A program made the translations under genes and the position numbers. DNA of 64,000 nucleotides from NCBI GenBank assembly GCA_051362555.1, contig CM120642.1:25234001-25298000 (forward strand), written 5' to 3'. Position 1 is the first letter of the stretch; every line of letters begins with the position of its first letter. Below, piece after piece: positions 1 to 14,829 of this stretch. The notes under the pieces were generated by a model. It saw only the letters and a list, made by a program, of their open reading frames with translations, ran no database searches and was not told where the DNA came from. The stretch comes from Lingula anatina. Lineage: Eukaryota > Animalia > Brachiopoda.

Positions 1-322
1 AAAAAATATCAATCTCAAACTCAATGGACGTTTCTCTAAACACGCTGTAAATATATTTAAAAAAATAAAATATTCCTAATTATTCATGTTACAGGTTAAT
101 TCTGACTTAATATGTTGGCCTCACAGTCGATGGTTTTCCAAAATGGGACGCTGAAGTGATTGATCTTCTCATTATAAAATGCACACCCCGATCTGGTGAG
201 CCTGTCCTTTCTTTCATACCTGCAATAAGTTATTGATGACCAAAGCTGAATGACAAATATACTGCCACGCTATAATGCCTCCTCTCTCGTCCTCTCAGTG
301 CCACCCTTTACAATACTTATGT

Positions 323-741
323 TATAATTCTCCGACAAGGAGTCGACGTTGTGTTTTTGTTACCGTTAGTTTTTGGGTTTGTCTGTGGAGAGTGTCAGGC
401 CCCAAAAACGGAGTGGACAGATTTTGCTGAAATTTTCAGAAAAAAGTCACTATTGGTCAAGGACGAAATGATTAGATTTAAGCAATGAACCATTAATCAA
501 TTAGATGATTTATTAATCAGTAAATAAAGATATAAATTATTTATATATTTTTAATATATTTTATATTATAAGTAATTGATAAATTTAGTGTGTACAGATT
601 TCGATCAAATTTTAAGGGTAGGTCAGAAATGGGGCAAAGGATAAATGATTAGATTCTGGCGATGATCCATCAATTAATTAACGGTTAATTATTAGTTTAT
701 TATTTGTCTTGGAAGATGTGCTTTCTGAGTGCTTTTCTGGT
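323..741 (+). mobile_element. Non-autonomous Helentron-type (HINE/DINE-1-like) element upstream of lectin copy 1
   Basis: 5' CTCCGACAAG, degenerate inverted CTTGG.. at the 3' end followed by a short ..GAGTGC hairpin; internal repeated GATTTT..AAATTTT...ATTAGATT blocks. Confidence 0.45.
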
Positions 742-1035
742 ACATTACAACAGTTGCTTACCGCCTCCCTGTGTTACATGTACCATCCGGTCTGATCAAG
801 TACCACTATACTTTTCAAGTCTCACTGCTTCCGATAACGATGTACTCAGTAAACACTTAAAAAAAACTATCAAATCAAGTAATTCATTGTCCCTATCCAA
901 TTATTCTTTTTTACTGGATTCTTGAATACATGGTTGGCTAACTGCTTTAAGCTGTGCCATTCATCGTTGTGCATCTGATTCACAGGATATTATTGGCCAG
1001 TAACAACGCAGCTCATTATCAGTCACAAACGCCAC

Positions 1036-1076
1036 CATAAATAAAACAACGCTTACAGAGAGCATTTCTATCATTT
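1036..1076 (+). promoter_or_regulatory. TATA-like box and Inr-like element of the lectin gene (conserved in all four copies)
   Basis: CATAAATAAAA followed about 35 nt later by TCATTT, about 35 nt before the ATG. Confidence 0.45.
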
Positions 1077-1107
1077 TGTTACTGACGCACAACCACACAC
1101 TTCTAAC

Positions 1108-2642
1108 ATGAGAGAACAAAAAGGCAAGATGACCCCCGTTTTACTTCTGGCAATCCTTGAGCTTAATACCGGTTTGGCCTGTTCCAGAACGTCTGAAGGA
1201 AGGTATCATGTCACCAAAAATTCTCGATTTGACGGAACTATTATGAAAAAACTTACCTCATGGTCAATGACGCAGTGCACTGTGAGGTGTAGTGGAACGC
1301 CGGACTGCTACGGAGTGAACTTTAATTCTGCCTCCCACGAATGTGAACTTTATAGTAATGTGGGACCGCACAATCTCGAAGGTGGTTTATCTACGTGGTC
1401 AAATGGAGGTACGTTTTTCTTCTTGTTCTTTCCTTATTTCTTTTATTTAGTATTTTGTTTGGGTGACAAATTCCCATCTAGTGAAAAAACATGCTTAAGA
1501 ATGAAAGGTGTCCTTTTTACTGTGCCATAGTTATAACAAGTTTAAAAAAACCCTATAAATCAAAAAACAGATATGCGTGGCGCATTTGCTTGAAAATAAT
1601 TAAATAAATACATTTTGCATCTGTTTTTCATCTTCTTGAAATTCTAAAAGTCATAGGAGAAATTCTTTTTTAAAGAAGCATAGAAAGTAGGCACATTGGT
1701 AATAAAGATTGAATTTGCTTTTTATAGGATGATATTTCAGTTTTTCTTCATTTTCTTGTAGTCCGAGAAATATGCGATGTGCCTTACGGACCTTTCGGCG
1801 GTGCTGGTGGTAACAGGTTCAGTGACCTTGATTACGCGTACAAAGGTCACATTACCGGGTTTGATCTCCAATTTGGTCATGATGGTATATATAGGTGAGT
1901 TGAGTAAGCCTACCATATATTGATGAATTTCGTTTTCAGATTATTCATTCTATGAAGATGGACATGAAATGTGCAAAAACTAGTGTTGAGTTTTCAGAAT
2001 GGATGTGAATAACCATAAAATACGCTAAACAAGGCATTTTAACTATGCGGCTCTCAACCACGTTGTCAGATCTGCGTTGGCGTCTTTTTAGAATAAATGA
2101 TCATGTGATCATGCATGTACGACACAAAAAAAAGAGCGCTAGAATCCACGTAAAGAGGGGAAAACAGTAAAACTCTCCGGTAATTTCTTCTGAAAAGTGA
2201 TCTTCAAGTGGCACTCAAAACATTGCAAAATGAACTGATATCGGACATAGGAAAATATTTTGTTTGTCCAGCGTTATTTTGGTCTCAACGGGAATTATCA
2301 AATTTTAAATATCTATTATTGCATTTGCATTTTAGTATCCGTTTTTTATATGGCGGCGTTGGAACTTCGATACGCGGACAGACTCCAGGGACTCCAGTCA
2401 GCGTCGTTCTTTCAAATAACGAGTTCATCCATACCGTGAGGGTGACGGAATATCATGGTGTATACTTACTTGTTGGGAGTATCGCCTTGGTGACGAACAC
2501 CGCGTGCTATGGACCATACGGCATAGAGACGTCACCGGCGTACGAAGTCAGCCACGGCGGACGGCCATTACGGTACGTTTCGGGGAGTTATGGCCTTATC
2601 CTTGATGAACTATCATTTCATTTTGAGGACTGCCGCAGATGA
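1108..2642 (+). CDS. Secreted PAN/Apple + jacalin-like lectin, copy 1; exons 1108-1408, 1762-1894, 2336-2642 (246 aa)
   Basis: GT-AG introns (phase 1, phase 2) join to a 741-nt ORF. Hydrophobic signal peptide; PAN/Apple Cys pattern (CTVRC...DCYGVNF...ECELY); jacalin/ZG16-type motifs GPFGGAGG, ITGFDL, LSNNEFI, YGPYG, GLILDEL. Confidence 0.9.
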
Positions 2643-3739
2643 GTGATTCGGTTTATCATATCCCAGTACATGTTTCAAAATGTGGTGAATTACGTGGACA
2701 TTTCCAATAAATGTCTTTGGATTTTTCAGTTCAGTAAAGGATTATCATTAAAAAACGACTTTCACCGACATGCGCTCGGTCAAAGAGACGTGCGTTTACC
2801 GAAAATGTATCAAAAAGTTGATAATAAATATGACGGAGACACAAAGGCGAATAGAAGGCCGCTCAATGACTACAAATTGTTGACGAACGCGATTATGTGT
2901 GTTTAAGAAATGTAGGAGGTGAACGTTCTGCACTGTCCAATATTTTCACGGTTCAGCCTTTTGATGTGGTAAATCAGACAGGTCCTTGAAATGCTGAGCG
3001 GTTCCGCTGCAATGCAATGCAGTGTGCGTCGCACCTACAGCAATCCACAACGTCATTATCAAGGGCAATTCTATTCCTAACACTACGAATTTCAAACAAA
3101 AGATCCACATTTTTGTTAAATGATGACTTTGGTGATAATCCAAATGTATTATTTCTTTGGGTGTTATATGTATCTTCAGAGTGGAGTCCGGGCGAAGAGA
3201 TTACCGATAATTATAAAATATTCTCAAGAAAAAACCGTCATAACCTACTCTGAATGACACACCTATTGTTGAAGAAAGCGTCCTTCAGTTTGATTTTTGT
3301 CCAAATTAACGATTGTGATTCTTGGCAGTTTGTGTGCCATGTTATTTGCTATATAAATATATATATTGCATGGTACTTATGTAAATTTTAACAAAAGTAT
3401 ACCGACCTTCAGGTATGGTATGATATAAATGTTACATTTATTGACTCAATGTTGTTTTGCGAAATCAGAAAAAATTAAATCAACTTCAGCCAACATCGTT
3501 AATTGTATAATGCTCTTAACTTTTATTTCAGTATTTAAAGAAGACAGCGATATCTTATGCATTACTTTATAAAACTTGTCGAATAAACTCAAAGATGAGA
3601 AGGAAAATAACTGTCAACCAAAATGAAAGGAGAAAAACGGTAGACTTTGGGCGCTATGTCTTGCCTATACGAGTTTGATAATGCCCTCTAAGCCAACGAA
3701 ACCCCGTGCTGGAATGTCATTATTTTTTAAATTATAAGT

Positions 3740-4151
3740 AATATTGCCTACGTGTTGCTCAGCACAATTTTTATTAGAGTTAATAGAAGAGTAGGTATTC
3801 ATGTTGTCAGTAGTTCCAAAAGGACGCTCAAGGATTTCCTCAAGTCCAGCCGTGCTCGTTGTGTTGTAGGACTCGAGAGTAGTGGCGTCTGCAGCATATT
3901 GCAGTCTCTTTCTGAATTTTGAACAGGTTCCATTTGACGTAGTAATAATTGCCGTTGTAGGACAACATATCAACATTGACTGGTTAACGCATGAAGGGCC
4001 TCATTGCTCATCCAGAACTGTAGGCGGGGATCCCAAAAACCAAGCTTATATTCATTCCAGTTTCTATTAAAGATAATTGTGTTGTCATATCTTCTCATCA
4101 CAACGAGCCATCCGTTGTCACAATAAACGTCTTTTGTTCCAAATCCTGATA
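3740..4151 (-). pseudogene. Fibrinogen-related domain (FReD) pseudogene, 5'-truncated
   Basis: VYCDNGWLVVMRRYD...FNRNWNEYKLGF...FWMSNEALHALT, then a stop/frameshift into ...TAG...PFGTTDN...NCA; these are typical fibrinogen C-domain motifs. Confidence 0.85.
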
Positions 4152-5746
4152 TCAATAATGCAAATAAATAATGCAAATAAAAGTTTCGCCGGTAACAAAG
4201 GTAATCAAATGCTTTTTAATGATAATTGGGAACCACAATTTTCACAGCAACGAGTGTGGTCGACGTTAGGCCTGGGTTCCGATATATATTTTTCCTGATT
4301 TAAGGTCCCGACTAAATAGTCATATGACGTTTCTATGGGGAATGCAAAATAGATATGTTCCAATTAATTAAGCAATCTTTTAAACAAAATCCAGGCCATC
4401 GGGGTTACATGAAGCGATTGTTTGCTGTATTCCCGCCTGCCTCACCAAAAGGAGACAGAGTATATACAACTTCAAATCATGTAAGAGGGAAGGTTCACCA
4501 ATGGTACCTCAAGGACTGTGTTTGGGTCTGTTGCTCTATGTCCTGAAGATAAACGAATTAAATTTAGCACCCAGTCTTTGTGTCTCTAGAACAGAGACGA
4601 AACAACTGTATCTGAGATCCCTACACAAATAAGCCAACAAGCATGACAGCAAGCTCTAAGAAATCCCCGACTTTACATGTGAAAAAAACAAAGCAACCAC
4701 TTAAACGCAAGGTTGATTCCTATATGCATACTCTCCAGATCGACAAAGCTGACATTTAAGTAGTCTCAACATTTAAATTGATTTGAGTCTCTACCTCACA
4801 TAGAAAATCACCGACTCTAACATGGCTGCCATTATTTCCTCCCTTAGCGTAGCTCATTGCATATAATTTGTTGTGATGCTATTGTGTCAATATTGACGCT
4901 GTGTAAGGCTCGAGTTTGGCATTTTACATAACCCATTGTACAAAATGAATCAATACGCTTTCCATTAAATAATTTAGATTTAATTTGGGTAAAACACTCG
5001 TTTTAACAGATTATAAGTTTTCAACAATGACTGTTTGCAGGACAGTGACATGGATGAGAGGTTCTAAATGTTAATTTTTTTTCGGTTTACGTGCATTGGA
5101 GCCTGCAGAATTATACTACCAGGAGCATACCATTTTAAATGAAGATATGCTGTAAATATGGTGCTGTATATATGTTTAAGACTAAGGCTTAGAAATAATT
5201 TGAAGAAATGATTAATGTGTATATAGCAGTGTTGGGATCCAGAAGACTTGACAAAAAAAGTACATGTACCTGGATCCGCCCCTGCAATTCGATGGAAATA
5301 AACACAAGGTGTGTCGTGTGTTATCTGTCATCAAATTAGTGTACACTATGTTTTGACGGACCCAATATAATGTTTTCTAAATTTGCTGACATAATGAACG
5401 TGATTGCAGTGCCTTTGGCTAAAACAAGGTCACCTATAAACACACGCCGTAAATATAAAAAAAAATAATACTAAACTATTCCAAATGATTCTAAGATAAA
5501 TTTGACACAAATTTTGTTAAAAGGATATTAAACAGACATGTTACAGATTAATCCAAATATTGAAAAACACCCACATCAGCACAGACCTATATGTAAGCCT
5601 CACAGGCGATGGTTTTCCAACACACAATGCACGCCCCGTTTTGGCGAGCCTGTCTTTCTTGTAATATGTTATTGATGACAAAAGCTGAATGACAAATATA
5701 CTGCCACTCCTCCGGCCTCTCAGTGCCATGCTATAACTCTTATGTC

Positions 5747-6146
5747 ATAATTCTCCGACAAGGAGTCGAGGTTATGTTTTTGTTACCCGTAGGTTTGGGT
5801 TTGTCTGTGGAGAGCGTCAGGCCCCAAAAACGGAGTGGACGGATTTTGCTGAAATTTTCATAAAAAAGTCACTATTGGTCAAGGACAAAATGATTAGATT
5901 TAAGCGATGAACCATTAATCAATAAGATAATTAATTAATTAGTTAAGTCATAAATATTTTTAGAAGTAATTTATTGATTTAGTGTGTACAGATTTCGATA
6001 AAATTTTAAAAGTACGTCAGAAATGGAGCAAGGGATAAATGTTTAGATTTTGGCAATGATCCATCAATCAATTAATTAATTTATGGTTAATTATTAGTTT
6101 ATTATTTGTCTTGGCAGAGGTTGCGCTCTCTGAGTGCATTTCAGGT
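5747..6146 (+). mobile_element. HINE/DINE-1-like element upstream of copy 2
   Basis: CTCCGACAAG ... CTTGGCAGAG subterminal inverted repeat; 3' hairpin GCGCTC-TCT-GAGTGC. Confidence 0.5.
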
Positions 6147-6511
6147 ACCTTAGAACAGTTGCTTATTGTCTCGCTGTGTTACCATCCGGTCTGATCAAGC
6201 ACCACTTTACTTTCAAGTCTCACTGCTCCGCTAGCGATTTACACAGTGGAACCTTTTTTTGAAAAAACTCGTTTCATATCAGATGATTCATTATCTCAAT
6301 CCAATTATCATGTTTTACTGGATTCTTGATATGGTCGGCTAACTGCTTTAATAAACTGTCCCATTCATCGTTGTGCATCTGATTCACAGGATATTATTGG
6401 CCAGTAACAACGCAGCTTATTATCAATCACAAACGCCACCATAAATAAAACAACGCTTAAAAAGAGCATTTCTATCATTTTGTTTCTGACGCACAACCAC
6501 ACGCTTCAAAC

Positions 6512-8048
6512 ATGAGAGAACAAAAAAGCAACATAATTTCCGTTTTACTTCTGGCAATCCTGTTGCTTTATACCGGTTTGGTCTGTTCCAAAACGTCTGA
6601 AGGAAGGTATCATGTCTTCAAAAATTCTCGATTTGACGGAAATATTATTAAAACACTTACTTCGTGGTCAATGACGCAGTGCACTGTAAAGTGTAGTGGA
6701 ACGCCGGACTGCTACGGAGTGAACTATAATTCTGCCTCCCACGAGTGTGAACTTTATAGTAATGTGGGACCGCACCATCTCGAAGGTGGTTTATCTACGT
6801 GGTCAAATGGAGGTACGTTTTTCTTCTTCGTTTCTTGTTCTTTCCTTATTTCTTCCATCGTTTATTTATCATTTTGTTTGGGTGACGAATTTCCATCTAG
6901 TGAAAAGACATGCTTCAGAATGAAAGGTGTCTTTTTTACTGTGCCATAGTTATAACAAGTAAAAAACTATAAATCCAAAAACAAATATGCGTGGCGCATT
7001 TGCTTGAAAATAATTAAATAAATACATTTTGCATCTGTTTTTCATCTTCTTGAAATTCTAAAAGTCATAGGAGAAATTCTTTTTTAAAGAAGCATAGAAA
7101 GTAGGCACATTGGTAATAAAGATTATATTTGCTTATTATAGGATGATATTTCAATTTTTCTTCATTTTCTTGTAGTCCGAGAAATATGCGATGTGCCTTA
7201 CGGACCTTTCGGTGGTGCTGGTGGTAACAGGTTCAGTGACCTTGATTACGCGTACAAAGGTCACATTACCGGGTTTGATCTCCAATATGGTCATGATGGT
7301 ATATATAGGTGAGTAAGCCTACCATATACTGATGAACTTTCGTTTTCAGAATATTCATTCTCAAGATGAACATGAAATGTGCAAAAACTAGTGTTGAGTT
7401 TCAGAATGGATGTGAATAACCATAAAATACGCTAAACCAGGCATTTTAACTATGCGGCTCTCAACCACGTTGTCAGATCTGCGTTGGCGTCTTTTTAGAA
7501 TAAATGATCATGTGATCATGCATGTACGACACTAAAAAGAGCGCTAGAATCCACGTAAAGAGGGGAAAACAGAAAAAACTCTCCGGTAATTTCTTCTGAA
7601 AAGTGATCTTTAAGTGGCACTCAAAACATTGCAAAATGAACTGTTATCGGACTTAAGAATATATTTTGTTTGCCCAGCGTTATTTTGGTCTCAACGGGAA
7701 TTTTCAAATTTTAAATATCCATTATTGCATTTGCATTTTAGTATCCGTTTTGTATATGGCGGCGTTGGAACATCGATACGCGGACGGACTCCAGGGACTC
7801 CAGTCAGCGTCGTTCTTTCAAATAACGAGTTCATCCATACCGTGAGGGTTACGGAATATCAAGGTGAATACTTCCTTATTGGGAGTATCGCCTTGGTGAC
7901 GAACACCGCGTGCTATGGACCATACGGCATAGAGACGTCACCGGTGTACGAAGTCAGCCACGGCGGACGGCCATTACGGTACGTTTCGGGGAGTTATGGC
8001 CTTATCCTTGATGAACTATCATTTCATTTTGAGGACTGCCGCAGATGA
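6512..8048 (+). CDS. PAN/Apple + jacalin-like lectin, copy 2; exons 6512-6812, 7176-7308, 7742-8048
   Basis: Same exon sizes (301/133/307 nt), intact splice sites and ORF; divergent signal peptide (MREQKSNIISVLLLAILLLY). Confidence 0.9.
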
Positions 8049-9156
8049 GTGATTCGGTTTATCATATCCCAGTACATGTTTCAAAATGTGGTGAATTACG
8101 TGGACATTTCCAATAAATGTCTTTGGATTTTCCAGTTCAGTAAAGGATTATCATTAAAAAACGACTTTCACCGACATGCGCTCGGTCAAAGAGACGTGCG
8201 TTTACCGAAAATGTATCAAAAAGTTGATAATAAATATGACGGAGACACAAAGGCGAATAGAAGGCCGCTCAATGACTACAAATTGTTGACGAACGCGATT
8301 ATGTGTGTTTAAGAAATGTAGGAGGTGAACGTTCTGCACTGTCCAATATTTTCACGGTTCAGCCTTTTGATGTGGTAAATCAGACAGGTCCTTGAAATGC
8401 TGAGCGGTTCCGCTGCAATGCAATGCAGTGTGCGTCGCACCTACAGCAATCCACAACGTCATTATCAAGGGCAGTTCTATTCCTAACACTACGAATTTCA
8501 AACAAAAGATCCACATTTTTGTTAAATGATGACTTTGGTGATAATCCAAATGTATTATTTCTTTGGGTGTTATATGTATCTTCAGAGTGGAGTCCGGGCG
8601 AAGAGATTACCGATAATTATAAAATATTCTCAAGAAAAACCGTCATAACTTACTCTGAATGACACACCTATTGTTGAAGAAAGCGTCCTTCAGTTTGATT
8701 TTTTTCCAAATTAACGATTGTGATTCTTGGCAGTTTGTGTGCCATGTTATTTGCTATATAAATATATATATTGCATGGTACTTATGTAAATTTTAACAAA
8801 AGTATACCGACCTTCAGGTATGGTATGATATAAATGTTACATTTATTGACTCTTACGTTTTGGTCAATGTTGTTTTGCGAAATCAGAAAAAATTAAATCA
8901 ACTTCAGCCAACATCGTTAATTGTATAATGCTCTTAACTTTTATTTCAGTATTTTAAGAAGACAGCGATATCTTATGCATTACTTTATAAAACTTGTCGA
9001 ATAAACTCAAAGATGAGAAGGAAAATAACTGTCAACCAAAATGAAAGGAGAAAACGGTAGACTTTGGGCGCTATGTCTTGCCTATACGAGTTTTATAATG
9101 CCCTCTAAGCCAACGAAACCCCGTGCTGAAATGTCATTATTTTTTAAATTATAAGT

Positions 9157-9568
9157 AATATTGCCTACGTGTTGCTCAGCACAATTTTTATTAGAGTTAA
9201 TAGAAGAGTAGGTATTAATGTTGTCAGTAGTTCCAAAAGGACGCTCAAGGATTTCCTCAAGTCCAGCCGTGCTCGTTGTGTTGTAGGACTCGAGAGTAGT
9301 GGCGTCTGCAGCATATTGCAGTCTCTTTCTGAATTTTGAACAGGTTCCATTTGACGTAGTAATAATTGCCGTAGTAGGACAACATATCAACATTGACTGG
9401 TTAACGCATGAAGGGCCTCATTGCTCATCCAGAACTGTAGGCGGGGATCCCAAAAACCAAGCTTATATTCATTCCAGTTTCTATTAAAGATAATTGTGTT
9501 GTCATATCTTCTCATCACAACGAGCCATCTGTTGTCACAATAAACGTCTTTTGTTCCAAATCCTGATA
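9157..9568 (-). pseudogene. FReD pseudogene, second copy, 5'-truncated
   Basis: Near-identical to 3740-4151 with the same lesions and the same truncation point. Confidence 0.85.
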
Positions 9569-11402
9569 TTAATAATGCAAATAAATAATGCAAATAAAAG
9601 TTTCGCCGGTAACAAAGGTAATCAAATGCTTTTTAATGATAATTGGGAACCACAATTTTCACAGCAACGAGTGTGGTCGACGTTAGGCCTGGGTTCCGAT
9701 ATATATTTTTCCTGATTCAAGGTCCCGACTAAATAGTCATATGACGTTTCTATGGGGAATGCAAAATAGATATGTTCCAATTAATTAAGCAATCTTTTAA
9801 ACAAAATCCAGGCCATCGGGGTTACATGAAGCGATTATTTGCTGTATTCCCGCCTGCCTCACCAAAAAGAGACAGAGTATATACAACTTCAAATCATGTA
9901 AGAGGGAAGGTTCACCAACGGTACCTCAAGGACGGTGTTTGGGTCTGTTGCTCTATGTCCTGAAGATAAACGAATTAAATTTAGCACCCAGTCTTTGTGT
10001 CTCTAGAACAGAGACGAAACAACTGTATCTGAGATCCCTACACAAATAAGCCAACAAGCATGACAGCAAGCTCTAAGAAATCCCCGACTTTACATGTGAA
10101 AAAAACAAAGCAAACGGCCCACCACTTGAACGCAAGGTTGATTCCTATATGCATACTCTCCAGATCGACAAAGCTGACATTTAAGTAGTCTCAACATTTA
10201 AATTGATTTGAGTCTCTACCTCACATAGAAAATCACCGACTCTAACATGGCTGCCATCATTTCCTCCCTTAGCGTAGCTCATTGCATATAATTTGTTGTG
10301 ATGCTATTGTGTCAATATAGACGCTGTGTAAGGCTCGAGTTTGGCATTTTACATAACCCATTGTACAAAATGAATCAATACGCTTTCCATTAAATAATTT
10401 AGATTTAATTTGGGTAAAAGCACTCGTTTTAACAGATTATAAGTTTTCCACAATGACTGTTTGCAGGACAGCGACATGGATGAGAGATTCTAAATGTTAA
10501 TTTTAAATCAGATTACGTGCATTGCTGCTTGCAGAATTATACTACCCCCAGGAGCATACCATTTTCAAATGAAGATATATGGTGTATATATGGTGCTGTA
10601 TATATGATTAAGACTAAAGCTTAGAAATAATTTGAAGAAATGATAAATGTATATATAGTAGTGTTGGGATCCAGAAGCCTTGACAAAATAAGTACCTGGA
10701 TCCGCCCCTGCAATATTATGGAAATAAAAGCAAGGAGTGTCGTGTGTTATCTGTCATCATATTAGTGTACACCATGTTTTGACGGACCCAATATAATGTT
10801 TTCTAAATTTGCTGACATAATGAACGTGATTGCAGTGCCTTTGGCTAAAACACATCGTGATTTCTAGGCAACGTTGGGATAACAATGTTTGTTTACAAAA
10901 TACGAGTGCGTATGTCAAAATGTTCGGCTTGCTCTGGAAAAAGAATATTATTTGCAATTTTTAATGTGATGGTTAATTTCGTGCATTTGAATGGTTATAA
11001 TGCCTATAATACCAAATGTGTACAATTGTTATCAATGGTGGATAAGTAAAAGAAAAAGCTCATTCTACAAACGCAACGGACACCTCTAAACACACGCCGA
11101 TAAATTTGACACAAATTTTGTTAAAAGGATATTAAACAGACATATAACAGATTAATCCAAATATTGAAAAACACCCACATAAGCACAGACCTATATGTAA
11201 GCCTCACAGGCGATGGTTTTCCAGGAGATGACGCTGATGTGATTGATCTTCTCAACACACAATGCACGCCCCGTTTTGGTGAGCCTGTTCTTTCTTGTAA
11301 TATGTTATTGATGACCAAAGCTGAATGACAAATATACTGCCACGCTACAATACCCCTCCCCCCCCCCCCCTACCCTCAGTGCCACGCTATAACTCTTATG
11401 CT

Positions 11403-11809
11403 ATAATTCTCCGACAAGGAGTCGAAGTTATGTTTTTGTTACCCGTAGGTTTGGGTTTGTCTGTGGAGAGCGCTAGGCAAAAAAGGGAATGGACAGATTT
11501 TGATGAAATTTTCAGGAAAGGTCACTAATGGGTCAAGGACAAAATGATAAGATTTAAGTGATGATCTATTAATCAATTAGATGATTAATTAATCAGTTAA
11601 GTCATAAATATTTTGTATATTTTTAGAAGTAATTTATTAATTTAGTGTGTACAGATTTCGATAAAATTTTAAAAGTACGTCAGAAATGGGGCAAGGGATA
11701 AATGTTTAGATTTTGGCAATGATCCATCAATCAATTAATTAATGTATGGTTAATTATTAGTTTATTATTTGTCTTGGCACAGGTTGCGCTCTCTGAGTGC
11801 ATTTCAGGT
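11403..11809 (+). mobile_element. HINE/DINE-1-like element upstream of copy 3
   Basis: Same architecture as 5747-6146. Confidence 0.5.
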
Positions 11810-12177
11810 ACCTTAGAACAGTTGCTTATCGTCTCGCTGTGTTACCATCCGGTCTGATCAAGCACCACTATACTTTCAAGTCTCACTGCTCCGCTAGCGA
11901 TTTACAAAGTGGAACCTTTTTTTAAAAAAACTCGTTTCATATTAAATGATTCATTATCTTAATCCAATTATCATGTTTTACTGGATTCTTGAAGATATGG
12001 TCGGCTAACTGCTTTAATAAACTGTCCCATTCATCGTTGCGCATCTGATTCGCAGGATATTATTGGTCAGTAGCAGCGCAGCTCATTATCAGTCACAAAC
12101 GCCACCATAAATAAAACAACGCTTAAAGAGAGCATTTCTGTCATTTTGTTTCTGACGCACAACCACACACTTCTAAC

Positions 12178-13693
12178 ATGAGAGAACAAAAAGGCAAGAT
12201 GACCCCCGTTTTACTTCTGGCAATCCTTGAGCTTTATACCGGTTTGGCCTGTTCCAGAACGTCTGAAGGAAGGTATCATGTCACCAAAAATTCTCGATTT
12301 GACGGAACTATTATTAAAACACTTACCTCATGGTCAATGACGGACTGCAGTGTGAAGTGCAGTGGAACGCCGGACTGCTCCGGAGTGAACTTTAAATCTG
12401 TCTCCCACGAGTGTGAACTTTATAGTAATGTGGGATCACACAATCTCGAAGGTAATTTATCTACGTGGTCAAATGGAGGTACGTTTTTTCTTCTTGTTAT
12501 TTATTTAGTATTTTGTTTGGGTGACAAATTTCCATCTAGTGAAAAGACATGCTTAAGAATGAAAGGTGTCTTTTTTACTGTGCCATAGTTATAACATGTA
12601 AAAAAAAACCCTATAAATCACAAAAATCAGATATGCGTGCCGCATTTACTTGAAAATAATTAAATAAATACATTTTGCATCTGTTTTTCATCTTCTTGAA
12701 ATTGTAAAAGTCATAGGAGAAATTCTTTTTTAAAGAAGCATAGAAAGTAGGCACATTGGTAATAAAGATTATATTTGCTTTATATAGGATGATATTTCAG
12801 TTTTTCTTCATTTTCTTGTAGTCCGAGAAATATGCGATGTGTCTTACGGACCTTTCGGCGGTGCTGGTGGTTACAAATTCAGTGACCTTGATTACGCGTA
12901 CAAAGGTCACATTACCGGGTTTGATCTCCAATATGGTCATGATGGTATATATAGGTGAGTTGAGTAAGCCTACCATATTTTGATGAACTTTCGTTTTCAG
13001 ATTATTCATTCTATAAAGATGGACATGAAATGTGCAAAAACTAGTGTTGAGTTTTCAGAATGGATGTGAATAACCATAAAATACGCTAAACCAGGCATTT
13101 TAACTATGCGGCTCTCAACCACGTTGTCAGATCTGCGTTGGCGTCTTTTTAGAATAAATGATCATGTGATCATGCATGTTGATACTAAAAAGAGCGCTAG
13201 AATCCGCGTAAAGAGGGGAAAAACTCTCCGGTAATTTCTTCTGAAAAGTGATCTTCAAGTGGCACTCAAAACATTGCAAAATGAACTGTTATCGGACATA
13301 GGAAAATATTTTGTTTGTCCAGCGTTATTTTGGTCTCAACAGGAATTTTCAAATTTTAAATATCCATTATTGCATTTGCATTTTAGTATCCGTTTTGTAT
13401 ATGGCGGCGTTGGAACTTCGATACGCGGACAGACTCCAGGGACTCCAGTCAGCGTCGTTCTTTCAAATAACGAGTACATCCATACCGTGAGGGTTACGGA
13501 ATATCAAGGTGTATACTTACTTGTTGGGAGTATCGCCTTGGTGACGAACACCGCGTGCTATGGACCATACGGCATAGAGACGTCACCGGCGTACAAAGTC
13601 AGCCACGGCGGACGGCCATTACGGTACGTTTCGGGGAGCTATGGCCTTATCCTTGATGAACTAGCGTTTCATTTTGAGGACTGCCGCAGATGA
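12178..13693 (+). CDS. PAN/Apple + jacalin-like lectin, copy 3; exons 12178-12478, 12822-12954, 13387-13693
   Basis: Same exon sizes, intact splice sites and ORF. Confidence 0.9.
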
Positions 13694-14829
13694 GTGATTC
13701 GGTTTATCATATCCCAGTACATGTTTCAAAATGTGGTGAATTACGTGGACATTTCCAATAAATGTCTTTGGATTTTTCAGTTCAGTAAAGGATTATCATT
13801 AAAAATCGACTTTCACCGACATGCGCTCGGTCAAAGAGACGTGCGTTTACCGAAAAAGTATCAAAAAGTTGATAATAAATATGACGGAGACACAAAGGCG
13901 AATAGAAAGCCGCTCAATGACTACAAATTGTTGACGAACGCGATTATGTGTGTTTAAGAAATGTAGGAGGTGAACGTTCTGCACTGTCAAGTATATTCAC
14001 GGTTCAGCGTTTTGATGTGGTAAATCAGACAGGTCCTTGAAATGCTGAGCGGTTCTGCTGCAATGCAATGCAGTGTGCGTCGCACCTACAGCAATCCACA
14101 ACGTCATTATCAAGGGCAATTTTCCTAACACTACGAATTTCAAACAAAAGATCCACATTTTTGTTAAATGATGACTTTGGTGATAATCCAAATGTATTAT
14201 TTCTTTGGGTGTTATATGTATCTTCAGAGTGGAGTCCGGGCGAAGAGATTACCGATAATTATAAAATATTCTCAAGAAAAAACCGTCATAACCTACTCTG
14301 AATGACTCACCTATTGTTGAAGAAAGCGTCCGTCAGTGCTTGTTCGCTCTAGATAGACTAAACTTAGCAAACATTTTTGTCCAAATTAACGATTGTGATT
14401 CTTGGCAGTTTGTGTGCCATGTTATTTGCTATATAAATATAATATCGCATTGTACTTATGTAAATTTTAACAAAAGTATACCGACCTTCAGGTATGGTAT
14501 GATATAAATGTTACATTTATTGACTCTTAGGTTTTGGTCAATGTTGTTTTGCGAAATCAGAAAAAATTAAATCAACTTCAGCCAACATCGTTAATTGTAT
14601 AATGTTCTTAACTTTTATTTCAGTATTTTAAGAAGACAGCGATATCTTATGCATTACTTTATAAAAATTGTCGAATAAACTCAAAGAAGGAAAATATCTG
14701 TCAACCAAAGTGAAAGAAGAAAAACTGTAGACTTTGGGCGCTATGTCTTGCCTATACGAGTTTTATAATGCCCTCTAAGCCAACGAAACCCCGTGCTGAA
14801 ATGTCATTATTTTTTAAATTATAAATAAT

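Noticed and set aside
1409-1530. Hydrophobic C-terminal extensions of the exon-1 ORFs (apparent TM helix)
   Set aside because: Read-through into pyrimidine-rich intron 1; the frame is not preserved in copy 4.
2643-3253. Short ORFs repeated downstream of each lectin gene
   Set aside because: They lie in duplicated 3' UTR/intergenic DNA, lack ATG starts or domains, and differ by indels between copies.
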